Source of the DNA: Dimorphilus gyrociliatus
Taxonomy: Eukaryota > Animalia > Annelida
Assembly: GCA_904063045.1 (NCBI GenBank)
Contig: CAJFCJ010000002.1
Location: forward strand, 2,068,422-2,132,421
Reading direction: 5' to 3'
DNA: 64,000 nucleotides
Part shown: positions 28,501 through 39,800 of the stretch, piece by piece
How positions within the stretch are numbered: the stretch's first letter is position 1
Layout: each line of letters starts with the position of its first letter
Position numbers and translations under genes: made by a program
The notes under the pieces: model-generated
Told to the model about the DNA's origin: nothing
The model's database searches: none
Seen by the model: the letters and a program-made list of their open reading frames with translations, nothing else

Positions 28501-30808
28501 GCAGATAAATGTCTTAATTTTTTACCATTGTTCTATTTTTAAAGGAAATATTTTGGATGTTAAAAAAACGAGGAACCGGAACGCCATTTTGTATCACGTG
28601 GTTGAAACCTAACCCGAAACCGTTAAGATAAGACAGAGGTTTGCCTGAGTCTGCTACAAGCATTCGAGTACGAAGGATTGAACCTATTTCAGCGCACTTA
28701 ATGCCCCGTACTTATTTACACTCCATATAAGAGTTATGGAATGTAAAGAAGTATGTCGTGTTTATGCGCAGCATCTTCTAAAACTTGGACAAAAAAAACA
28801 GCACAAAAATGAAAAGATAATTAAAATGCCTTCTTATAAAGACATTTGCACACAAAATGCGCACATTACAAAATAAGGGTAAGCTTTTAATTAGTAATTA
28901 ATTAACACGTTTTCAGGGGATGGAATTGTCAGCAAAACGTGCATTTACATTATTTAGTTTTCCCAAGGTATTTTTCCGCAAACGCAACATAACTCACGCC
29001 ACCTATCGATAGCTATTGCTTTCTAACGCCACCTGTTGGACTGTAAACAGCATCCATCCTCTGCAAAGCAATTTAATCCTAATTTATATGCTAGATTCGA
29101 CTCGTGTGCAAAATTCCCGCTAAATAAAGAGCTTTATAAAGGGAAAAAGGAGAGCAAATTCAAATAGTAGACAGCAATAGAATTGCCTAATTAGGTCAAG
29201 ATATCCCTTGCTGATTTTCGGCGTCGCAACGGCAAAACCGTTCCAGTTGGACGGTCGAACGCGTATATTTACTAGGCTGAGAAAGAAACGCCTAGACTGC
29301 TTAAGATTAGATATATAGTTTCGTATCTGATCGATCTGCACAATGACAGATGAATATCCCGGACTTCTTGGTATGTCCCAAAACAAGCAGTAACAATACC
29401 AGCATAAAAGCGCATCAAAATGCATAAGTTGATTTATCCGCAGATAGGACGATCAGTAATTGCCTTTGGTTGAGATCGTAAAATACATAAAAGTAATCAA
29501 TGGGTAGCGTTAATTTGTGTGTTCTGGGGAATACACGAAATAGAGCGATATCTCTATATTAAATTAATCCTTACACCGTACAATTCTGTTGTTTAATGTC
29601 ATTCGTACTAATCACTAAGTGAACTTGTCATGTCTGAATTTTCAGTTACTGGTCATCTCATCGAAATAAACTAAAATCGTCACGTGACCGTCGAATACGT
29701 AAAGTGAATAGGGCGAGCGCAGTAAATCGAATCAAGCGCTGACAAACAAATGTCGAATGCAAACGTCGACCGTTTCCTACTTCTTTTCTCGATTGTAAAC
29801 ATGAGCTATAAAAATGCGTAGAAAATTGGCAATCGCCAAAAAATCTGCAATTCCTGCCATTTGCAGTTGGGGATTATGGGTCGGTCCGATACAGCATAAT
29901 GACGTTTTCAGCAAAAAAATTGCATATGCATATACGCCCTAATTAGGAGAGGAGCTAGCTTGGTCTAATTTTATAAACCTATATCATATATATATACGCT
30001 ATATAAATAAATTTGGCGCTTATCGACCAATTTAGACAGCGATGCAAAAGTATGAAGCGTTCGCGCGTATACAGAAATAGAGCCGACCGCAACGGCGGCA
30101 GCAATACTGCATCGATTGAGTCAATCTAGTTTTGGCTGTAAAGATGCAGAGCCCTCTGTAGTTGGCCCTCTATTGCAGTTTTTCTCGCACACTTGATGCT
30201 GTCGGATGATACAGCTCATTTCTTATCTTCGTCCAAATTTTTATGTCACTTTCCCCCTCCCCCATTCGCAGTCTAAATGCTATCGTAAGTATAACTAATA
30301 ACGCAAATTTTTTTCAGCAATATCCTCAAAAGTATAAATATTTAATTTGATCATACTGCAAAACTTGCAGGAAAAAAGAACGAATTATTCAGAATAATTT
30401 GTTCTTTTTCTCATTTTTTTCCTTCTTCCCCCTTTTTCTCTTACTCCCTATCTTTATTCCTCTATCTATCTATCTATCTACCCCTCCCTCTTAGTCATTT
30501 ATTCTCCTTTCCTTTCTTTTCGTATATTGGCTATTGCTGATGAATTACAAGTAGAAAAAAAATCTTCCATCTCCCTCATTTTCTATTTATATACAACTTC
30601 ACTTTACGCTCGTTATACATACATAAAATACAATAAGCCGTATCGTACTTTTTGTGAGCTAGAGTCTAAGAATTTTTAGACGTCGCAAATTTATTTTCCT
30701 ACCCGAACCCTCTCGTATAAATTCTACTCATTTCTATTCTATTTTTAAACTCCATCTTTTTTTTTTAAACAAAGATATTTTTTTTCTTTCGACCATACTA
30801 CTTGTATG

Positions 30809-30852
<44 letters not shown>

Positions 30853-33800
30853 TATATCTATATATTTATTTGTATTATATAGGAATTTTCGTTTTTATAT
30901 AAATAACGTTCTAGTGCGAAAAAAAGTAAAAAGACGCTGCTAGGCAGGGTCGTGTAAAAACAAAGCACAGTTCGACAACTGTTCCTAATGAATTAATGTA
31001 TTTTTGTGTCTGTCCCGAAACTCATCAGTTTTGTTTAAAATAGCCTTGCAATTTATCATATCTTTTAATACAGATTCCCTTATTATTATTGTCTGAGAAA
31101 GAAAGAATAATTTCTTTCTATTTATATAGACTTAATATATTACGTAGTGTGTATCTTTACTAAAATATTTAAAAAAGAACGTGAGAAATTGAGAGAGCGA
31201 GAGAGGGTGGGAGAGTGAGTAAGAAAGAGAAACGTTGTGCGCAAATTCCAACTATATCTAACGAATGCATCGGAATTTGAATTATATTATACGTATAATC
31301 ATTATTTTTGTTGTTGAAAAAATGAGTTTATAGTTAACGTTTTACTATTACAATGATGTTAAAGAGGCCGAGAGCATTTGTTAAATTGCAACATTCTTTT
31401 TTCTTCCCATACAGCATCTCAGTGTTCCCAGAGGGAAAGGGGAAATATCGTAAAAAACGCCAACATTATCCCCTTAGATCAGCTCTCGTTTGGGGAGAAT
31501 GAAGAATGAGCGAGGAAAAAACTATATGAGCGATCGAAAAAAATTGCAGCGTTATAAGACGGACGTCTCTTCTGAGTTTGGCGACAGAAATCAATAATTG
31601 CAGATCGGACAAGATCTGCTCTGGATTTCGGTTTTGTTTGTTCGTGTTATTTTTATCGGCGGGCTGACTGGCCGGCTGGCCGGCAGTAGACGCCCTAGTT
31701 TGTCCGAGCTAAATTTCCCAATTGGACGCTCGAAAGGCGTCAGCCGGGATAACGACGCCTATTTTGTAAGTAAGCTGATATTAGACGCCGTCCTACCGTG
31801 CAATTCGTTAATTAGGATTTTGTGTAAAAGAACGATAAGTCGTAGCGCGTTGGGATATCTGTGTACCAATAGCTTAATCAAGCCACTACTATTAATTTTT
31901 ATGTTTTCTCAACAGATGGCGTCATATTTCAAGAAGAAAGTAATGACTATATAAGGGGCATACACTCAGAGTTGGTTGCGATGTGGCCAAATTGTAAGAA
32001 TAGAGCAATTGGTCCCCTTCAACCAGCTGTGTGCATTGCCCGAATTCTTCGGCTTATTTCCGTATGTTTACATTTACATAAATTAAGAGCGGAAATAAAC
32101 GCTTTTCTACAAACCTGGGATTTCCTCTAAGCGCCGCGTGATGTAATGCATTAAATCCGTTATTATTAGCGACCGTCATATCGGCGTGGTGATCTAATAA
32201 CAACGTCAGCATGTCGTCCCTCTTTTTGCTTATCGAGTCGTGCAACGGAGCGTCGCCTTCTATATCCTGTCGGGCGTTCATTCAGATTATAGAATGTCAA
32301 ATGTATTGAGTTGTTCTATTCTTTTTCTTTTCCAATCATTGAACCCAAAAAGATTTAAGACAATGTTACCTGTAAGCTTGGATGACAGCTTAATTTTAAT
32401 AACATCTTCACAACACCAATATGTCCTTTATTCACTGCTATATGTAAAGCGGTTTGTCGTCTCTTATTCCTAGAGTTAAGATCGCATCCGGCACTATATA
32501 GTAACTCTATAGCTAAGGGTTCGTCACCAAAAGCAGCGTGATGTATTGAACGGTCTCCATCCTTATCTTCTACTTCCAAATCGACATTGTACTTTATCAA
32601 TACTTTAATCACATCCAGATGACCATTTTGTGACGCCGCTTGCAGTGCTGTGTGACCAGCAAAGACGCCATTTACATCCGCTTCCGGACACTTTCTTGTT
32701 AAAATATCTTCGACTTTTTGTGAATCTCCATTCGCAGCACTCTTCACTAAATCTTCATTGACATCGCCGCTTACGTGTGTTTCAAATAATTTTTTTAAGA
32801 GGGCTCCCAAACGCTCTAAATAAGAAATTTAAGAGAAGCATAGATTTTACATTAAAGCGTCCTAAAAGAGATCAAAGTCAATACTATTAGTACTATTGTC
32901 GACGCCACCTGACTTTCAAAAGTCTAGTTGCGTGGAAAGCAAGTGTACCACAAGAATATAACCCTAATATGAAGGCTAAGACTTACCTCCAGCTGTATGA
33001 CCGACAGTGGCTCCATCTGCCGAAGCCACTTTCGTGACGGCTAAGGGATTATATGTCCATGAGGTGCCACAAACTTCCACTTTCAAGTCGTTGTCGTGAT
33101 AAATTTGTTGGACTCGGCCAATCTTGCCCAATGTCTTTTAAATAAGGAGATACATATCAAGTTAGATTATAGAAACATAAAAGGACCGAAGGGTTAACAT
33201 ATACGATCAAATTTGACTTACTGGCAGCATAGCCTCTGCCCATTCTCCGTGTCCTCTCTGCAGCGACTTAATCCTTTCAATATCGCTGCAAATCTGAACT
33301 ATATCCCCAACAGAGAAATTCGTATTAGCGGATGAATTTTCAGACGAGCTTGCCGAACTAGGTAAGGTATTAGCTTTGGTCAAGACAGCTGGGTTAAAAG
33401 TCCATCTGCAAAAAGGAAAAGGACATAGAAATAAAAGTATCACTAATAGGCGGCAATTTTTCCGCTTTTATTTAGTCGCGCAGAAAATTTCATATAAGTA
33501 AATCGATTCCATTAGATAAAGACCTTTTTTTCTCTGTTTTATACAAGGACAACGCTGAATCGTCTCTTTGAAGTGCAACGTTTTTTACTGGTGTATCAAT
33601 TCGACGGTCTTTATGTAAACCAAATGAATTTAGTGTTGTAGGTAACGGATAAAAGTTGTTGTACGATCTAGCCATACTAGCTAACGTTTGATCAGACTAC
33701 ACTAGAAGGCCTATGATGTTTACCTCGGTATATTGTTATATTTTAATGGTTACCGTACTTAAAAAGAAGATTAGCAAAGTATGAAGTGCATGTCTTGTCT

Positions 33801-36800
33801 CATAATGAAATGACGATTTTTTAAAATTGATTTGGCAATGTAACAAATATTTTTTTAATTAATATTTCATTCTAATTCTTATCAACTAACCTATTTCCAC
33901 TAGGATAGGAAACAACAATATCGTAGTCTTCGTCAATGCCAACAACGTTGCCAGTAGTTCCCAAGCACTTTATGTGTTAAGGAATAAGGTTGTTTTTATA
34001 TCAAAGTAAAAATATGCTATATGGATTTTTTATTACCTCAAACATGCCATCCGTCCATCCACCGTGACCATGTTGCAGGGTTTGAACAATTTCTAAATCG
34101 AGATCAACATTAACTTGATCTCCCATAGCTAATCCACCAGCTCCAGACCTAGTCCCAGTCGCTTGTTCTCCTAAAATATTATTAATTTTATTAAATTGCA
34201 AACAGCATATTTCATTAGTTTAAATTCAAACTTTGATATAATTAGATTCGCAAATATCAGAAGAATAAATTATACATCTAATACTATCAAGAGATTTTAT
34301 TCGGTGCCAATTATTAAATGATAATAGAAGAGATAAAAGTAAAGAAAAAAACTCAACCTAAAAGTGGAAGATGATCTCTGTAGCATTGTGATCCCTTGGC
34401 ATCGCTAACCACCTTCAGATCAGCCTTAAAAAATATTAAAATAGTCAATAGATTAGTCTTTGATTCTGTGCTACTTGATTATGTATGCAAATTTAAAAAA
34501 CAAGTAAGCTATATAGCAATAATGAATATTTCAAATAGATATACAAAAGAATAAAAGCTTAAGTTTCAATCGACAATAATCCTAGAATGGTTAGAGGAAG
34601 TTCTTTTTAAGACTATTATTAGACTAATCAATCGGATAAAGATTCGGAATAAAGTATCATTTTTAAAGTATTTGGTTTTTGTTTTGGAAAGTTGGAATCC
34701 TTTTTAAAACTTGTAAGGCGGAAACGTCAATTGTAATCCTCCGCCAGTAAGTAACAGTTTAGACGTATCTAAAAGTGAATGTTCATCTTACCATTCCTTC
34801 AAAGCCACTCCTATATAAATTTTTTGTTCCTATGTCCCATAGTACGTAAGCAGCACTACGAGGAGATTGGGCAGCCCAATCTTGAATTTCGCTAACTTTT
34901 CCCCGTCTCCCATTGCCGCCGTCCTGATCTTCCCATTGCCAATCAACTCCCCTAACAACTCTTGCACCAGGGAATATGCCGCGAGTAGTGATTTTTTTAC
35001 TTTTTCGCCTCATTTCCATCAATACCCTAAAAGGAGGAATAAATTTACAGAATGACGTAAAGGGAAAAAGGTTAATAAAAATATATTGAACAGAAAATTA
35101 CCTATCTCCTCCAGGTGTAGCAATCCTATGAAACCTATGTCTAAGATTATGTTTATCGTTGTGATAGCAAACAGAACACAATTCGAAATTAATACAATCG
35201 GAGCATTTCCATCGTATGCCATAAATCGGCTGTTGTCTACAGGAATCGCACGTCGTGCCGTCATGTTTGCTACCTGTTAATTGAATAAAAAATTATTGTT
35301 TGAATGCAAGGCAAAATCTATATTTGTAGATAAAAAAAATATTCAGTATAAAGGCTAAGAATAATTTAGATTATTCATTGAATTTTTGATACCCTGAAAA
35401 ATTGGGGCCAAAAAAGGAAACGACTTAGATATATTCTATGCACTAGTTTAATATACTACTGGAAACGGCAACGTGTAATTTAACCTACTTAAAATAATGT
35501 TATTTATTAGTCTTTTTCTACATCGGGAAAAATCTCACGAAGTGATTCAGTAATACAAGGATGCGTTTCCTTAAAACCAGCTGTAATTTCGATCTATGTA
35601 AGGAACTGCAATCCATCAACACCGACGCCAAAAAGTATTAATTCAGACAGTTGCAATCAAGAAAAACAGAGAAAAACAGGGAATCTTTAAGTATTAAGTT
35701 TATCAACCCTAATATTGAATTAAAATAAAAAATTTAAGTACAATCTAACAAATTTATTAACTTGTAAAAGAAAAGATCAATATTATGTTTGATATTCTAA
35801 AGTTTTTTTACTTCCAGTTATTTTCTATAAATACATAGCAGACCCTTGCTTTTAGAGCAATTTGCTATATAAAATTCGTCCAATTGTTTGTAAGTAGGCC
35901 CAAAGACATAACATTTATCAGCGGGATATTCCCAACTAGATCTAAATTGCAAATCTGTATCCAGAGCTATTAATTTTCCAGTGGATTGGGAATATATTAA
36001 GAAACCTCCATCCATAGTTGGATATATGGAAAAGGTTTGAACACTCGTCTTAAATTCTTTTAATTGCTTCTGAGTGGTGGAACTATATAGAGAAATGGAG
36101 GTCCTCTTTGTTGATAGAATATTAAAAAATTTTGGGTCATTGACGTGAGTTTCAATTAAAACATCTCCACTCTTTGTTGGTAATAAATTTTTGACTGAAC
36201 TCTGCATTTGAAAAGCCTGTATGAACTTTGAACCTTTATATAGCCAAACGGTTTTCTTATCTTCTGACAAACAAGTAATCAAAACCTGACCATTATGCGA
36301 AAGATTTACAGTAAAAGTTGAGATATTTTGCTTGATGAATTCATTACTTTGCAAGCCAAGCATGATATGCCCTTGAGTGATATCATGAACATAAACTTCC
36401 CCTTTAATGACACATAGATCGCCTAATTCTGATTTGGTTGAATATAGCTTGGTGACATTGCCGTCGAAATCTGTAAATTTTATAGAGTAGGTTTTAGAGA
36501 GTGTAACTTGTCTCTTTGAATCGACATTATAAATTCCATCCTCGTTAATAAAAACGCTATCGCACTTCTTAAAATCCATCTGCCTGCTATTTACAAATGC
36601 TCCTAGGTTTCTAAAACCATCTCTTGCTTGGACGAGTGATCCTGATATGTATAATTCTCCAGTAATTTTCGTATCCAAAACGCTTCCTGGGGTACCTGGT
36701 TTGAAATTGAATACCATTTCGGACCTTTTCATATCTTCCCCTGGATTAATACCAGCATTCTGATAGTTTACATATGAATTTTCCAGAATTTCAATTAAAT

Positions 36801-39800
36801 TTCGCTTTTCGGCATTTACATATGCTATGATCTGATCAAAGTGCTCATTAATGCTATTCTCTACTAACGACTTTTGCATGCTAAGGACATCAGATTGATC
36901 AGGTAACTTCGGATACAGACCATCTTCCCTTCTAGCGTAATTTGCAATATCAATAATATTATGACCAATGTGCGAGATTGAAGCACAGATGTTACAAGCT
37001 AGTCTGTAGTCACAATTCAAGCATATATAATTAATTTCGACCAAATGTTGTAGACATAACGCCCGAGCCTCTGTGTCATCTGCAGGTACCTTTGATTCTT
37101 TACAAGACGGGCATAATCCAGTACTATCAGAGTTCATATACCTTTTAAGACAATAGTCACAAAAAGTATGGGAACAGATAAAATTTGTAGGACTGCTAGC
37201 CTTCCATTCCATAAAACATTCACCACATTTCAGAGTACTCTGAGAAAAATTGTTAGACATAGCCATGTTAATGTTGTTCTATAGATGCTCGAAGAGTGTT
37301 TGAACACAAAGTGAGTAATTCTGGTTTATATACCTGGGCTGTGAGTCATAGGTCTTATCATTGTTTATAGCCTGCATGTGTTTCATTTGCACGTCGAAGT
37401 GAGTCATCCGTTACAATATAAGACCGTAGAAAATCGATAAGGTCTACATCTACGTTATACTTTTAATTTTTATTGCTTAATAGAAATAAACATAGAGTTT
37501 ACGCGAACGTCGATTAACTTAATGAGAGGGGAGAATACTTTTGAACCATTCCCCCACCTCTAGAGATTTTACCAATATAAAGTTCTTTTAGTTGACTGTG
37601 CGTTGGAACACATAAAAACGAGGGCTCAGAACTTAACAAAAACGTTGACATAACCCTTAACTTCGAATCAAGAGAATAAACTTTCAATTCATTAATACCC
37701 AGTACTAGGACGCCTCCATCTATCGTTGGCTGAATAAATAATTTCTGCTGAACTGTAGTAAATTCATTTGTTATCTCCTTCGTTGACCTATTAATAATAG
37801 CTATTACTGATTCAGTCGTTTTAAACAACCAGAAGACAGTTTTTCTTCTTTGCTTAACAATAAGAATATCTCCTTTCGACGTGGGGAAAACACTTTCTAT
37901 TCGTTCCTTTAGATGAAATATATCCAGCAACTTTTTTCCTTTGTATAGCCAAACAGTTTGTTTATCAAGTGACAAACAGGTTATTAATATAGCTTTAGTA
38001 GAACTCATTCTCGCCGAAAATGTACTAATCTTTTGCTCAATAACGTCTCCCGAATTTAAACCTAAATGTATGCAACTATTTTTTACGTTATGAACGAATA
38101 CTTCCCCATTTATTGCAAACAATATCCCAAGTTCGTTCTTTGTTTGATAGAGTGTTTCAGTTTTTGACGTTTTAAAACTCAGATAATTTACCTTATAGGT
38201 TTTACTGGAGAATAAATTTTTTATTGTTTCTACTGTGTAAATTCCGTCTTCATTAACGAAGAACCAAGTACACTCTGGTATTGTGGTTGTGTTTTTAACA
38301 ATGAAAGATGAAATATCGTTTAGGGCAGGTGGAGATTTTTCAAATAATTCATCAGGTACTGATACTTCACCGATAATTTTTGCATTTGAAATATCTTCAA
38401 CACAACCTTCTCTGTAATAGAACATGCTATTCAGCGTCTCCTTGTTCAGTATTCTTCTTAGTTCTTTTGATAAATCTACACTATTTTGTCCTTTGGTTTG
38501 AGAGAGTTGAATCAAATAATTTGAATAATTAGACTGAGTATTCTCCAATGAATCTAAAATAGTCTGCTTTTCCTCTTGTAAACGGAGGGTTAACTTTTCA
38601 AAATGACTTTCGACGTTTTTAACTGTTGTCATTTTACAATCAGTTAATACTTTAATTGCATTTTGAATTCTTTGGGCCTTTGGACAATCTTTCACTGCTT
38701 CACGTAAATGTTTCTTTGCTGATTCATTTTCATGTGTTTGATTTAGATGGCTTTCGGAAAGGCAAATGGGGCATGTAATGTTTTCTTTAGGAGAAGCCAT
38801 TATTTGTAGCACACAATCCGAGCAAAATACATGAGAACACGTGCTAAAAGATTGTACAGTGTTATATTCTTGCAAAAGTAGCTGACAAAAACTACAGTTT
38901 TGAGAAATAGCAGATTCAGCCATCACGGTTAAATAATTTCGAGGATAGTATTTCAATATTAAATTTACGATTGATGATATTTCCTTTCTTTCTTAAAGTT
39001 GATATTTAGCCTTTAATACTATCTCGTGTCTGATAATTCAATTTTACCTAGCAGCAATCTAACACACAGCTGTCACGTGAGGGGGGGACTTTTACAGGAT
39101 ATGACGTCATATCAATTTAAAATGGGAAATCTCGTTGAGGTGTTATCATTTAATATGTAATCTTTACGGATTGTTAAATATAAATTTATGATTACTAATT
39201 AGTAACCATTAAAAAATAATGCAAATTTTAAAGTAAAAAAATAAAAGATTCAGATAAAAAAACATAGTTTTAATTTCTCTCTATCTATATATAAATTCAT
39301 TATAAATTCTGTTGTGTAACATTGCAACACAACTTTTTCATTATAAAGAGATTAATTGATCATTTTTTTAATAAACATAGCACAATATATATATATGTAT
39401 ATATATTAAAATAATTAACAACATTCTATTCCCTTCCCTTCTCCCTACAAGCTTTGTAATATTCCTTTATTTCTATCAACGTTACTCAATTTTTTACTGT
39501 TCTATTTAATTTTTCTTATTAAATTAATAATTTGTTAAAGATGAAATACACGAAAGTTAAATATTAAAACGTTCTATATAATTAAAAATGAAGGAAATTA
39601 TAAATAATAGAGAAATATATCTATTAGATCACATCGAAAAAAGAGAACGTTCTTTAAAATGTTATAGAGTAATATCGTTTTCTATAGATATTATAATATT
39701 TCTGGATTAAATGTTACTAGTGTACATTTAAAAAAATTGGAGGGAAGAGGAGAGGCAGTGGGTGATGGGGTGTAAATAGAAAAAATATAAATACATTCTA

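Noticed and set aside
31598-31954. 118-aa + strand ORF before miR-133
   Set aside because: TTG start, no motif, no splice support for coding use.
27013-32114. Transposon as the explanation for the large MIB1 intron
   Set aside because: No terminal repeats, target duplication or transposase/RT ORF seen; the miRNAs and the nested gene explain its size.
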